Assembly: GCA_963662285.2 (NCBI GenBank)
Contig: CAXXMV010000006.1
Coordinates: 1,344,001-1,408,000 of the forward strand
Direction: 5' to 3'
Source: a bacterium
Lineage (GTDB): Bacteria; Hinthialibacterota; Hinthialibacteria; Hinthialibacterales; Hinthialibacteraceae
Length of the DNA: 64,000 nt
Both the position numbers and the translations under genes were made by a program. This document shows positions 28,833 through 39,903 of the stretch, one piece after another (the stretch's first letter is position 1; each line of letters begins with the position of its first letter). The notes under the pieces are model-generated. The model was not told where the DNA came from. It searched no databases and saw only the letters and a program-made list of their open reading frames with translations.

Positions 28833-29213
28833 TCAGCAACACGCTTTTGGCGCTTCGATTTGTAGCAGTGATGTGATCTTCTCGATGGCTTGTTTCTTAT
28901 TGAATGGTTTGATCATATAGTCGTTCACTCCGGCTTGGATTGCCTCTTGAATATGCAATGCATCGGCCAAGCCGGTGACCATCATGATGGGCGTCTCAAT
29001 GTCTTTTTTCCGTATCGACCTTAGTGCGTCTATGCCTAGCATATTTGGCATATTCCAATCAATCATAATAATGCTATAGGATTCTTGTAGGGTTAACTTT
29101 ACCGCACTCAGGCCATCACTGGCCTGATCGACATCGCTGATTCCGATCTCTTTCAACGCTCCCACAAGAAGGCTTCTGGCTAATAACGAATCATCCACAA
29201 CGAGTGCTTTCAT
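28833..29213 (-). CDS. single-domain CheY-like response regulator
   Basis: LVVDDS, IDWNMPNMLG, IMMVT, YMIKPF. Confidence 0.9.
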   Translation of the reverse strand: MKALVVDDSLLARSLLVGALKEIGISDVDQASDGLSAVKLTLQESYSIIMIDWNMPNMLGIDALRSIRKKDIETPIMMVTGLADALHIQEAIQAGVNDYMIKPFNKKQAIEKITSLLQIEAPKACC

Positions 29214-29233
29214 TATGTTTTACCTCAATTCTG

Positions 29234-29785
29234 TTATATTTCTTTGCTATTGATAGTGACGCGAATCATGAATTCCCCCAGATCGCTGTAGAAAGGAATC
29301 TCGATCCATGAAGTCAATTTCGGATAATTGATTGTGAAACGGTTTCCCCGGATGACGGTTGGGATGCTAAGTTCAATCGGTTTGTTCATATTCTGATTAA
29401 TAATGGCTTGCGCTCCACCGGCGACAATGTTTACTACTTCTGCAATAGCGTCAGTTACCTTTTCGTCGACTACGACTAATTCCTCATGATAAAGAGTACC
29501 AACCAGTTTCATCGCAGTTTTGACGGGAAAAGCAATAGATACAATTCCTTGAATATTACCGCTCAATCCAACCAGCCCGACGATATCACGGCTGGGTTGT
29601 ACAGTTAGGTTCAGCGCTAACTTTTCACGATGCACATGGCAGTCCAGCATGGTATGAAATAAATTGTTAACGCTTTCAATGAATGGATTTATGTACTCTG
29701 CTCGAACAACGGGCGCCATTTTATTCGGGCTGCTGGTCATGTTTTCTAATTTACGTTTTACCAACTGCAGGTTATTTGAACTCAT
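29234..29785 (-). CDS. cheX: CheX phosphatase
   Basis: YINPFIES...GLVGLSG...DAIAEVVNIVAG...LSIPTVIRG...IPF. Confidence 0.88.
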   Translation of the reverse strand: MSSNNLQLVKRKLENMTSSPNKMAPVVRAEYINPFIESVNNLFHTMLDCHVHREKLALNLTVQPSRDIVGLVGLSGNIQGIVSIAFPVKTAMKLVGTLYHEELVVVDEKVTDAIAEVVNIVAGGAQAIINQNMNKPIELSIPTVIRGNRFTINYPKLTSWIEIPFYSDLGEFMIRVTINSKEI

Positions 29786-30120
29786 TTGATCACCAAAGTA
29801 TATGAAGGATTATACTTTTTAAGAATGTGTATCCCTCACAAGATGCATTGCAATTAAGTGTTTACTCAAGAATCATTGAACTAATAATTCTTACTACAAT
29901 GATATCTATTAAAAGATAATAAAACAATGCAAATAAGAAAATAATATTACGAAAAAGATATAAAACATTGCAATTAATATAATGTGAATTATTGCTTTTC
30001 GGTATTTAAAACTGCGGTATTTTGAATTAAATGATTAAATATATTACTGTTGAGCGAAATGTGAATGTTTTTGCCACTGAATATCCAGATACATAAAACT
30101 TGGTTATCTGGCTTCAGGCA

Positions 30121-30170
30121 AAAAAATCCCCTCTTAATTCAAAACCTTTATAAGAGGGGATTTGTTTTTT
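30121..30170. terminator. bidirectional terminator downstream of trpG
   Basis: AAATCCCCTCTTA...TAAGAGGGGATTT flanked by A/T tracts. Confidence 0.75.
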
Positions 30171-30183
30171 GGTGGAAACTTCG

Positions 30184-30753
30184 TTATTTCAACAATTTCA
30201 AGAAATTGCTCAGCAGGCGTTTGCCTTCCAGAGTAAGGATTGATTCGGGGTGGAATTGCACTCCATAAACAGAGTATTCTTTATGCTTTAGACCCATGAT
30301 CTCTCCCTGGTCTGTTTCGGCGGTGATTTCCAGACACTCAGGCAGACTGTCACGGTCAACCAGCAGGGAATGATAGCGTGTGGCGATGAAGGGATTCTCC
30401 ATACCGGCGAAGATATCTTTACCATTATGTTTCATCATTGAGGTCTTGCCGTGCAGTATGCGGTCGGCGCGGCGCACTACGCCTCCGAAATGCTGTCCGA
30501 TGCACTGATGGCCCAGGCATACTCCTAATATGGGAATCTGATCTTTGAAGCGGTTGATCACTTCGAGGGAGATTCCACCGTTTTCCGGTGTTCCCGGTCC
30601 GGGAGATATCAGGATGCCGCTAGGCTTCTTGGCAGCGATTTGGTCCAGTGATATCCGGTCGTTACGATAGATTTCCATCGTGGCGCCCAGCTCACCAAGG
30701 TATTGAACCAGGTTGTATGTGAACGAATCATAGTTATCAATGATGATCAGCAT
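30184..30753 (-). CDS. trpG: anthranilate synthase component II / glutamine amidotransferase (TrpG/PabA)
   Basis: [37 protein letters not shown]. Lies directly after trpE. Confidence 0.95.
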   Translation of the reverse strand: MLIIIDNYDSFTYNLVQYLGELGATMEIYRNDRISLDQIAAKKPSGILISPGPGTPENGGISLEVINRFKDQIPILGVCLGHQCIGQHFGGVVRRADRILHGKTSMMKHNGKDIFAGMENPFIATRYHSLLVDRDSLPECLEITAETDQGEIMGLKHKEYSVYGVQFHPESILTLEGKRLLSNFLKLLK

Positions 30754-30755
30754 GT

Positions 30756-32240
30756 TTATTCCTTCGTACATTCAGCCATTTCAACCGCACGCAGCATGGC
30801 CTGGCTTTTGTTTCTGACTTCCTCATATTCAAAATCACGGTTCGAGTCGGCGACGATTCCAGCCGATGCCTGCCAATATGCTATGTTATCAACTACCGCA
30901 ATGGTCCGCAGGGTAATGCAGAAATCCATATCGCCATTCAAGCCAAACCAACCCAACGCTCCAGCGTAGGGGCCGCGCTTGGTCTGCTCCAATTCTTCGA
31001 TGATTTCCATAGATCGAATTTTGGGCGCTCCGGTAACCGTCCCCGCCGGGAAGACCGCTTTCATTAAACTGAAGGCGTCGTGATCGTCAGTCAGGTCGCC
31101 TTCCACATTGGATACCAGGTGCATGACGTGAGAGTAGCGCTCTACATACATCAAGTCGGTCACTTTGACCGAATGGAACTCGCAGACCCGTCCGATGTCA
31201 TTGCGCCCCAAGTCGACCAGCATGATATGCTCGGCCTGCTCTTTGGGATCTCCGCATAATTCCTTTTCGAAAAAATTGTCTTCTTCATTGGTCTGGCCGC
31301 GTCGTCGCGTTCCGGCTATGGGGCGGTAGATCACATGGTTGTTGGTCATCTTAACCAATATTTCCGGCGAGCCGCCAACCAGACAAAGGTTGTCGTGACG
31401 GAAGAAGAAAGTGTAAGGCGAAGGATTTATTCTACGCAAAGCGCGATACAGGTTCAGTGGATTACTTTCCAAAGCAACTTCATTACGCATGCCGACTTGA
31501 ATCTGGAAGATGTCGCCCGCTTTGATGTGTTCCAGCGCTTGGTCAACCGAGTTTTGAAAGTCTTCTTTGCTCCAGTTGGTTTTTGCTTTCGGCGCCTCTT
31601 TTCTTCCGGCGCCGAAAGAGATGCGGCGCAGCGGTTTTGTCAGTTTATCAATAATTTCATCGATACGTTTCAAGGCCTGTTGATATGCGTCAACAGGTGA
31701 ACCATCGATAAGGGCATTGGTGATTACGCTTATAGTCCGTTTGAAATGGTCAAAGGCGACAACCGTATCAGCAAAGTAAAAAACCGCATCAGGAATATTA
31801 AGATCATCGCGGTTTTCGAACTTCAATCGTTCGAAATACTGAGTCATTTCATATCCCATAAAACCAACCAGACCGCCAGAAAATGGTGGAATATCTTCTA
31901 CTTTGACCGGATCGAAACGTTTGACGAACTCTTGCAAAACTATCAGTGGATCATGGTCTTCACTTATAGGATGCTTGATCTGTTCGTATCCGCGGGTTTC
32001 GATCATCTGCTGGCCGCGACAGGTGAATATATGAGATGGGTTGAATCCGATAAAAGAATATCGCCCCAGCTTCTCACCCTGCTCGACGCTCTCTAGAAGA
32101 AAAGCGTGTGGATCGTTCTCCGCCAGTTTATAAAAGGTAGAGACCGGGGTTTCCATATCAGCCATGATCTCTTTACATACGGGTATCAGATTTCCACTTT
32201 GAGCAAGTTCCTGGAATTGTTCCTGAGATGGTTTGTACAT
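30756..32240 (-). CDS. trpE: anthranilate synthase component I
   Basis: FLLESVE...[53 protein letters not shown]. Confidence 0.95.
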   Translation of the reverse strand: MYKPSQEQFQELAQSGNLIPVCKEIMADMETPVSTFYKLAENDPHAFLLESVEQGEKLGRYSFIGFNPSHIFTCRGQQMIETRGYEQIKHPISEDHDPLIVLQEFVKRFDPVKVEDIPPFSGGLVGFMGYEMTQYFERLKFENRDDLNIPDAVFYFADTVVAFDHFKRTISVITNALIDGSPVDAYQQALKRIDEIIDKLTKPLRRISFGAGRKEAPKAKTNWSKEDFQNSVDQALEHIKAGDIFQIQVGMRNEVALESNPLNLYRALRRINPSPYTFFFRHDNLCLVGGSPEILVKMTNNHVIYRPIAGTRRRGQTNEEDNFFEKELCGDPKEQAEHIMLVDLGRNDIGRVCEFHSVKVTDLMYVERYSHVMHLVSNVEGDLTDDHDAFSLMKAVFPAGTVTGAPKIRSMEIIEELEQTKRGPYAGALGWFGLNGDMDFCITLRTIAVVDNIAYWQASAGIVADSNRDFEYEEVRNKSQAMLRAVEMAECTKE

Positions 32241-32868
32241 TCGCTTATTATCTAACCACTTAGTTTTTATTTTGCTGGAAAATCAAAAGACAATCTACCA
32301 ATTTGAATTAATTGATAATAATAGCGGGTAAATAATACTAAGGCAATATCTAACCTAAACGACGCCTATTTGCTGGGTAAGGTCGCATAAAGCAGCCCCG
32401 CTCAATCCATCAATTTACCTTGTATTTATTATTAAGTAACGTATTTTTTCATGGATTCAATATTTAATCCACGTTTATTCAAAATAAGAGTTATAAAAAC
32501 AATTGACCAAATTTATGTTTAATTTAATAAAAAACAAGTTATTAAAGATATAAATGAAAAATAACAATATTTATCGTGAAGAATTGCGTAATATCAAGTC
32601 TCGTGGAATTAACAATACCCTATCATACTGGTAACCTGAATGATCGATAAAAAAAGTTATTTTAACAGTAATTAGTAATCATTATTGTTGGCAGTACTTT
32701 TTAAGGTTGTGGTAAAATAACCTCATCCACTGGTAAAAAAACCACAATTATTCTTGACTAGATAAGAAAAATATGAAAAATGATACTTAGCGGTATTTAG
32801 GTGAGTTAACGCCTAATTGAAAATTAATGTTTTAACATTATTTCGAAAATTCGAAAGGAGATCAAAAG

Positions 32869-33969
32869 ATGAAGAAATTGAGTGTGTGTTTATTCGCGGC
32901 AGCTATCGTAGCTGCTGGAAGTTTTGCGTATGCAGGTCCTTTGGCTGATGCTACGTCCGATACCCTGTGGGGAATTGAACTGGGTGGTTTCGTGGATGTA
33001 TCGTATACGTACAATTTCAATGATCCAGCAAATGACATGAACGGCGCCAGAGTTTTTGATGCCGACAACGATGAATTCCAGTTGAACGGAATTAATCTTT
33101 ACATCGACAAACTGCCTGAGGATGAAGGCGAAGCTGGTTTCCGTATTGACATCATGGCTGGTGAAGATGCCGGAATTATTGGTGACTTGGGTGGTGATAA
33201 CATCTTTGATGATCAAGATTTTTCTGTTTACCAAGCTTATATTTCCTACATCGCTCCTATCGGCAATGGCTTGACAATCGACCTCGGCCGTTTCGTTTCT
33301 TGCTTCGGTTATGAATCAATTGAAAGCCCGGCTAACGATCAGTTCTCACGTTCACTTATATTTGGACTATCTGGTCCTTACACTCAAACTGGCCTTCGTT
33401 TAACTTACCCCATCAACGATATGTGGGAAGTTAGCGGTGGAATTACACAGGGTTGGGATGTTGTAGAAGATGATAATGATGGCGTTTCCTGGCACGCAGC
33501 CCTGCGCTGGATGCCTTTGGAAAACGTTTACGTCCAGGATGCTATTTCTTATGGTCCTGAAATGGCTGGCAGCAATGACGACTATACCTTCTTGAATGAC
33601 TTGGTAGTTACTTGGGACGTTACAGAAGATTGGTCAGTTGGCACAAACTTTGACTATGGTATTTATGATGCTCCAATAGGCGATGACCTGAATTGGTGGG
33701 GCGTTGCTGGTTATGCCCGTTATGACGTTAACGAAGATATGTATCTAGCGCTTCGCGCAGAGTACTTTGATGATGAGCGTTGGGTTGTTGCTGGCGATGA
33801 CGTCAACATCTTTGAAGTTACTTTCACCCTCGGCTACACAGTTACCGAAGGCTTGTTGACACGCCTCGAATTCCGTCATGATGATGCAAGTGAAGATATA
33901 TTCATGGATGACAATGGATTCGAAGATACACAGAATACTCTAGCTGTTGAAGTTGTTTACAGCTTCTAA
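32869..33969 (+). CDS. outer-membrane beta-barrel porin (DUF1597/BBP2-like)
   Basis: Signal peptide, 'GFVDVSYTYNFNDP', 'QAYISY...G.TIDLGRF...GYESIE...N..FSRS..F...PYTQTG', RAEYF, terminal aromatic beta-signal VVYSF. Confidence 0.88.
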   Translation: MKKLSVCLFAAAIVAAGSFAYAGPLADATSDTLWGIELGGFVDVSYTYNFNDPANDMNGARVFDADNDEFQLNGINLYIDKLPEDEGEAGFRIDIMAGEDAGIIGDLGGDNIFDDQDFSVYQAYISYIAPIGNGLTIDLGRFVSCFGYESIESPANDQFSRSLIFGLSGPYTQTGLRLTYPINDMWEVSGGITQGWDVVEDDNDGVSWHAALRWMPLENVYVQDAISYGPEMAGSNDDYTFLNDLVVTWDVTEDWSVGTNFDYGIYDAPIGDDLNWWGVAGYARYDVNEDMYLALRAEYFDDERWVVAGDDVNIFEVTFTLGYTVTEGLLTRLEFRHDDASEDIFMDDNGFEDTQNTLAVEVVYSF

Positions 33970-34006
33970 TTTATTCTTGACTGGTTCGGGATTAATTTAG
34001 ATTTTC

Positions 34007-34038
34007 AAACCGGGCGGTTCTTTGAACCGCCCGGTTTT
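34007..34038 (+). terminator. rho-independent terminator
   Basis: AAACCGGGCGGTTC-TTT-GAACCGCCCGGTTTT. Confidence 0.85.
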
Positions 34039-34252
34039 AGTTTTAAACCACAAAAATCAAAGCAGTATTCATTCATTTTCAACAAAAGTTGTCTCATAAT
34101 CTTTGTATACTAGACATGCCGACCCAACGCGCAGAGAATATCAGAGAATTGCGCTTTTTTGAAATAATATGTTGCTATATAGAAGTGGGCGCAAGCGCCG
34201 AACAATTTTATTGAGTTAAAATAGATAAATTTCTTCATAAAGGAGAATATCA

Positions 34253-35758
34253 ATGAGCAAGCATATCAATCGCCGCCGATTCTTAGGTTCTGCTATTCCC
34301 GCCAGTACATTCACTATTGTTTCACGTCATGCGTTAGGTGGAAACGGATATGTTTCTGCAAATGATAAGATCAACCTGGCCCATATCGGTATAGGAACCC
34401 AAGGAATCAATGAACTGGGCAGTCTGCTTGAGAATCCACGGATTCAGATCGTTGCAGTGTGTGATCCGAATAAAGATAGCAACGATTATGTGGAGTGGGG
34501 CAAGAATAATGTTCGTAACACCATACGAAAATATTTGGACAATTCTTCCTGGAGAGAAGGTCAAAGCGGTTGTCCTGGAGGCCGGGATGTTGGGCGGGAA
34601 ATCGTAAATACATACTACGCGAATCACCGGGGTAAGGATAACTTTAATGGTTGCGATGCTTACGCCGATTTTCGCGAACTTTTAGAGAATGAGAAGAATG
34701 TGGATGCAGTCAAGATTATGACGCCCGATCATCTACACGCAACTATATCAATTGCCGCAATGAAGAAGGGCAAGCATGTCCTGATGCACAAACCTATTGC
34801 TAACCGGTTGTATGAAGGCCGTCTGGTTCGTGAGACTATACGACAAACTAAGAGGGCTACGCACCTGTTGGCTTATGGCAGTGGAATCGAAAACGGAAGG
34901 ATTGCAGAACAGATCAAAAAAGGCGTAATCGGTTCATTGCGGGAGGTGCACAATTGGACGAACCGTCCGGTGTGGCCTCAATATAATGAAATTCCGAAGG
35001 ATAAGCCTTCGATTCCCGAGGGACTTGATTGGGATTTATGGCTTGGTCCTGCTCTACATCGCCCCTATCACCCGCATTACACTCACACAGTTTTTCGAGG
35101 ATGGTACGATTTCGGCGGCGGTTCGATGGCTGATATGGGTATCTATAGTCTGTGGCCGGTGTTTACTGCGCTGAACCTGGGCGTTCCGTTGAGTGCTCAA
35201 GCCTGGAAGACCCATACTTGCTATATCAACGATAACGTCAGCAAAGGGATGAATAATGATTTCTCCTATCCAACAGCCTGCTCTCTTCGCTTTCAGTTCG
35301 CTGCCCGTGGGGATATGCCGGAAATGGATTTGTTTTGGTATGATGGAGGAATGAAACCACGCTTACCCCGCGAAATTGAAGAGCATGATGTTGAGATGGG
35401 TAAAGAAGGCATCCTGTTCATCGGCGATGAAGGCGCCATTATGGCTGATTTCCACGGAGATAAACCGCAGCTGTTCAGCAAAGGTAAGGTCAAACCGCTT
35501 TCGTTGGATGAGGATTCGTCGAACAATTCAGAACGTAGAAATCACTACAAACTCTGGCTTCGCGCATGTCAAGGAGGTGAACCATCGCCGGGGAATTTCC
35601 TGAACGCAGCGTCGATTACCGATACTGTCAATCTGGGGACGGTCGCTCTTCGAGCAGGTAAGAAAGTGTTCTTTGACAATAAAAATATGAAGATCACTAA
35701 TGTTTCAGAGGCGAATAAGTATTTGTATCGCGAATATCGGAAAGGTTGGGAGTTATAA
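34253..35758 (+). CDS. Tat-exported Gfo/Idh/MocA oxidoreductase
   Basis: NRRRFL leader, IGIGTQG, TPDHLH, HKP, LDWDLWLGPA, RGWYDFGGG, REYRKGWEL. Confidence 0.9.
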   Translation: MSKHINRRRFLGSAIPASTFTIVSRHALGGNGYVSANDKINLAHIGIGTQGINELGSLLENPRIQIVAVCDPNKDSNDYVEWGKNNVRNTIRKYLDNSSWREGQSGCPGGRDVGREIVNTYYANHRGKDNFNGCDAYADFRELLENEKNVDAVKIMTPDHLHATISIAAMKKGKHVLMHKPIANRLYEGRLVRETIRQTKRATHLLAYGSGIENGRIAEQIKKGVIGSLREVHNWTNRPVWPQYNEIPKDKPSIPEGLDWDLWLGPALHRPYHPHYTHTVFRGWYDFGGGSMADMGIYSLWPVFTALNLGVPLSAQAWKTHTCYINDNVSKGMNNDFSYPTACSLRFQFAARGDMPEMDLFWYDGGMKPRLPREIEEHDVEMGKEGILFIGDEGAIMADFHGDKPQLFSKGKVKPLSLDEDSSNNSERRNHYKLWLRACQGGEPSPGNFLNAASITDTVNLGTVALRAGKKVFFDNKNMKITNVSEANKYLYREYRKGWEL

Positions 35759-35832
35759 GAGGAAACATGATGAATGGAAGATCATCAGGATTAGGAGGGC
35801 GCTGTTTGCGATTATGAACGGATGGGAATCGT

Positions 35833-38451
35833 TCATTTTAAGAAGCAGATGGCGCTTTGGCTTTCGGGATCGGCGACGATGTGCGCTGTTTTTCCTCCAG
35901 TAGATGCAGAAACATCAATCACGCGAATCACTTTAGAAAACTCCTGGGCATCCGGTAGTAAGTGGTTTAGGAAATTAGGCGATAAAGTGAAGAAATCTTC
36001 TTGATACTCCGCAGCCTCGTCGTCTGGATAGACAGGTAAAAATATGATTTGCGACTCTACTAAATCCTGGAAAAAATGAGTGCCATAAGATACTTCAGGC
36101 ATCTGCCCATATTCCTCACGGGCGATTTCAACCAGGACTGATGTGTTGTTGATATCAGCGTAATTGACGTTGACTCCCATATCAAGGTTGCTGCTGCCCC
36201 ATCGTCCGGGACCAATCATAATGCTTTTACCTTCGATTACATCAGGATGGGAATTGATTCGTCCGACTGTACGTCCCAGCACTTTTTTTAAATCCATAGA
36301 GAGATTAGAAGCATATTCAATAGGATCAACCATAATGATGAACCGGATATCAGAAACCACGCCTCCGCAAATGATACGCTGTGAGCGGAATAAAATATTC
36401 TCGTGAGCGATGTTTTGGGGAAGAGAGACTGGTCCTTCGGTTCCGGGGAGTCCCATGAACCGGCATTGCACCAAATTGATACGCAGCCGATTATTCTGGT
36501 CGATATAGGCAGTGAATTCCGTGTCTATCGGATAATCATAGGATGCTTCCAGTTTGGCCAGCATTTTACCCATTACTCGAGCAAAATCAGTTTGTCTGAT
36601 CAGATTATTGAATGTTAGAACCAATTCGCTATCTTCATCGAAAATAATGGAAACTGGATCAGATAAATGGTCTTGCGTTAAACAGGAGACCAAAAGATTC
36701 AGGTTGGGATAGTCTCGATTGGTCAGGACTTCAGCAACGCTTCGGGTCTCGAAACTGTTGGTTTTGAGATTAAGGAGATCGATTTCCCGTTGAGAATATT
36801 TCGCAACTTTCATCCCGGTTTCCGGTCGGAGTTGCGGGTGACTAACGGGTATCAATCTTGGATAATCAACCCCGGTGCGGTCAACTGCACGCGTACCTAA
36901 TCCAAATACTAATCGAATGATGCCCTGTTTGGGATCGATCCGGTCTGACCAGGCGTATAGATTCCGGGAAAAGGCCACTCCGGCAAGGCTGGGGAAGAAA
37001 TAATCCTGGAAAGGCATACCGGATACGCGTTGAACCAAAAGAGCCATCTGCTCATCCTGGTGATCTAATCCCCTTTTTCTGCGGTATGATAATGCATCCA
37101 GATTGAGCGCGCTGGCATAAACCAGTTTGACAGCGCGTAGGAAGTTTTCCAGCCGGTCTTCAGGATCGCCTTGATTGGTGCAGAATTCGCTCCGGTATTT
37201 TCCGGCGAATGAATTGCCATAACTATCTTCGAGCAGGCTGCTGGAACGAACAATAATAGGTGATTGGCCGAAATAATTAAGCATGCTTTGAAACTGTTGA
37301 ATAACGTCCTGGTTGAATTTGGCCTCTAGAAACCGATTTTCAATTTCTTCAAATTCTTTATCGGTGATTGGTTCTCCATAAGTCAATTGCATGCGTAGTT
37401 TGAAGAGGTTGTTCTTGACCAGAAAGGTGAAGAACACGTCTGAACCGATATAGAAAGAGTCATGATTATCAAGAATATCGGTGAAATCAAAATCATCTTT
37501 ATTCTCTAACAGGATTCTGCGGGCCAGAAGCATACCGGCGGCTTTGCCGCCGATGCGGCCTGATCCGATAATTCTGTTACGGATTTTGAAAAGGTCTTTA
37601 ATGCGAAAATGTTTTTCAGCTAAATTGTAAAACCAGGGATTATCGCCCAATATCATGCAGATCAGTTCTTGTTTTAAGGAGACTACTTCTGGAATGTTTT
37701 CAATATTTTCGCCTTCATGGCTGTAATACCGGACTAATTTGCGGTATACCGATTCCCATGGCGCAGTTGATTCCACTCCGGTTCGTAGGGGATATTTCAA
37801 GGCTTGGGTAGTAATCTTGGCGGCGTCGCCGCTATGAAAAATGGGCTGTATATCGTCATCAAGAATCAGATGAGGCATAAACATTTTGGAAGAATATCTA
37901 TTCCAGACTTTTTGAGGGTGAAGATAACGTTTATGATTAATATGGTAAACATTGATCAAAAGCTGGGTTGTTTCACGAATACGGGCCACGGTGCTTTCGT
38001 CATGGTTTTCCAGTTCTAATCCAAAATAGGCTACCGTTTTCAGTTCAAATAAAAAAGGGCAGGTGATTTGAAAGAAATTGGCTAACAGCTCATCGGTTGT
38101 CCATTCTTCAACCAGGATCGAAAGGTTGTCGAAAACATAGAAATACTCTAATCCATTTTGTTCAACTATACGGTGGATTTCACTGCTGAAATTTTCAAAT
38201 CCCGACTGGGGATCAAGTTGGATAATTGTCAAACCTGATTGCGGTTCAAGAATGGGATGATGATCAGCGAAGCGTAAATAAACAATATTGCGTTTATCTT
38301 TAATCGCCTGATTAGTGAATTGAGTAGCAAAGTAGCGGTAGTCGTCCAGTTCTTCCACTTGCCAAACCACATTGTCGCCCAAACGTATATCACGCAGAAT
38401 CTTATCCAACGCAGAGATTCCGCTTTTCACGATCTCTGAGTTGGAACTCAT
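35833..38451 (-). CDS. PEP/pyruvate-binding (PPDK_N ATP-grasp-like) domain protein with N-terminal RecA/KaiC-like domain
   Basis: IGGKAAG, VRSSSLLEDS..NSFAGKY, EQMALLVQRV, GLGTRAV, GPGRWGS, SYGTHFFQDL. N-terminus SGISALDKIL..IRLGDNVVW. Confidence 0.85.
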   Translation of the reverse strand: MSSNSEIVKSGISALDKILRDIRLGDNVVWQVEELDDYRYFATQFTNQAIKDKRNIVYLRFADHHPILEPQSGLTIIQLDPQSGFENFSSEIHRIVEQNGLEYFYVFDNLSILVEEWTTDELLANFFQITCPFLFELKTVAYFGLELENHDESTVARIRETTQLLINVYHINHKRYLHPQKVWNRYSSKMFMPHLILDDDIQPIFHSGDAAKITTQALKYPLRTGVESTAPWESVYRKLVRYYSHEGENIENIPEVVSLKQELICMILGDNPWFYNLAEKHFRIKDLFKIRNRIIGSGRIGGKAAGMLLARRILLENKDDFDFTDILDNHDSFYIGSDVFFTFLVKNNLFKLRMQLTYGEPITDKEFEEIENRFLEAKFNQDVIQQFQSMLNYFGQSPIIVRSSSLLEDSYGNSFAGKYRSEFCTNQGDPEDRLENFLRAVKLVYASALNLDALSYRRKRGLDHQDEQMALLVQRVSGMPFQDYFFPSLAGVAFSRNLYAWSDRIDPKQGIIRLVFGLGTRAVDRTGVDYPRLIPVSHPQLRPETGMKVAKYSQREIDLLNLKTNSFETRSVAEVLTNRDYPNLNLLVSCLTQDHLSDPVSIIFDEDSELVLTFNNLIRQTDFARVMGKMLAKLEASYDYPIDTEFTAYIDQNNRLRINLVQCRFMGLPGTEGPVSLPQNIAHENILFRSQRIICGGVVSDIRFIIMVDPIEYASNLSMDLKKVLGRTVGRINSHPDVIEGKSIMIGPGRWGSSNLDMGVNVNYADINNTSVLVEIAREEYGQMPEVSYGTHFFQDLVESQIIFLPVYPDDEAAEYQEDFFTLSPNFLNHLLPDAQEFSKVIRVIDVSASTGGKTAHIVADPESQSAICFLK

Positions 38452-38544
38452 AGTCGATTTAGTATCCTTTTAGAGTAATTATCATAATTATGATATAAAT
38501 AATTATGCATAGTAATTGCTGCAACTCCACATGTTAATAGGGAT

Positions 38545-39792
38545 TTATATCCAACCACGGTTTTTCATGGCTTCCACCACTCGCAGCACGGAGGCGACAT
38601 AGGCGGCTTTTCTCATATTTATGTTAAAACGTTTGGAATTTTTCAACACGGCTTGATAGGAACTGGTAATTTTCTTATCCAGCCGTTCATGAACGGTTTC
38701 TAAATCCCAGTAATACATACTGGCGTTTTGAACCATTTCAAAATAAGAGACCGTAACGCCGCCGGCGTTGCATAATATATCCGGGATAAGATGGATATCT
38801 TTTTCATGCAGGATGGCATCGGCTTCAGATGTGGTTGGACCATTAGCCAATTCCGCTATGATCTTTGCTTTAATATTGGAAGCATTGGTTTTGGTAATAA
38901 CATTTTCCATAGCAGCCGGGACCAGGATATCCACATCCAGTTCCAGGATATCTTGATTGGAGATTGCTTCCGTTCCGGCAAGATTAATAATAGAGCCGGT
39001 GATTGATTTATGTTTACGGACAGTTTCCGCATCCAATCCTTTGCTGTTCATCACGCCGCCCTGAGAGTCGCTGAGCGCCACAATCTTGCATCCCAAAAGT
39101 TCGGAAAGAAGAACAGTGGCGTAATATCCGGCGTTGCCGAATCCTTGAACAGCTACTGTGGCTTTGGATAGATCGAGTTTTAATTCTTTAGCAGCTTCAC
39201 GGATGGCGATAACTCCACCACGGGCGTTAGCATCAATTCGCCCAACAGAACCGCCAACGGCGATGGGTTTGCCGGTAATTGCGCCAAATGAATTGCCCCG
39301 GCTGATTTTGAAATATTCATCAATCATCCAGGCCATAATCTGGGGATCAGTATAAACATCTGGTCCGGGGATATCTTTGTCAGGCCCGATAAACTCGCTG
39401 ATGCGGGATATATAGGCCCGGCTTAAGCGTTCCAGTTCATTTTGAGATAATTCTTTGGGATTGCACAATACGCCTCCAGCCGCGCCTCCCAGTGGAAGGT
39501 TCAGAAGGGCGCATTTCCAGGTCATCAAAGCGGCTTGCGCTCTCATGGCGTCAAGCGTGCGGTCCTGATGGAAACGAATACCGCCCTTTGTGGGGCCTTT
39601 GGCGTTGTTGTAATGAATGCGGTAACCCTGGAAAACCTTGATAGAGCCATCATCCATCCGAATGGGCATTGATACATGAAGTTCACGTATAGGATGTCTC
39701 AAGGTTTCATGGACGCCAGGATCCACTTTAAGAATTTCGATGCAGTCATCTAATTTTTTTTGAGCAATTTCAAAAATATTCTGCTCTGTCAT
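38545..39792 (-). CDS. gdhA: Glu/Leu/Phe/Val dehydrogenase (glutamate dehydrogenase homolog; catalytic Lys replaced)
   Basis: GPTKGGIRFH, MTWKCA, ITGKP, VQGFGNAG, ELANGP, PDILCNAGGVTVSYFE. The GGxKGG motif reads GGAAGG. Confidence 0.85.
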   Translation of the reverse strand: MTEQNIFEIAQKKLDDCIEILKVDPGVHETLRHPIRELHVSMPIRMDDGSIKVFQGYRIHYNNAKGPTKGGIRFHQDRTLDAMRAQAALMTWKCALLNLPLGGAAGGVLCNPKELSQNELERLSRAYISRISEFIGPDKDIPGPDVYTDPQIMAWMIDEYFKISRGNSFGAITGKPIAVGGSVGRIDANARGGVIAIREAAKELKLDLSKATVAVQGFGNAGYYATVLLSELLGCKIVALSDSQGGVMNSKGLDAETVRKHKSITGSIINLAGTEAISNQDILELDVDILVPAAMENVITKTNASNIKAKIIAELANGPTTSEADAILHEKDIHLIPDILCNAGGVTVSYFEMVQNASMYYWDLETVHERLDKKITSSYQAVLKNSKRFNINMRKAAYVASVLRVVEAMKNRGWI

Positions 39793-39903
39793 TTATCTTT
39801 CCTCCACTAAACTGGGTGCGCTTGAATATTTAATAAACAGTTGTTATGCGAGAATTCGTGAAATTAGTTATTATGAAACTGAGATTGGAGACCTGAAGTA
39901 AAT

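Noticed and set aside
32341-32405. GGCAA...GACGC segment resembling a c-di-GMP-I riboswitch in the trpE-porin intergenic region
   Set aside because: No GNRA-capped P2, no GCAAA junction and no convincing P1/P3 pairing.
32241-32868. Possible trp leader peptide, attenuator or T-box upstream of trpE
   Set aside because: No short ORF with tandem Trp codons, T-box motif or terminator recognised.
33940-33969. Porin C-terminus as a tag instance, or the tag as a simple BAM beta-signal
   Set aside because: VEVVYSF is an ordinary barrel beta-signal without Trp. The tagged proteins are soluble folds, not barrels.
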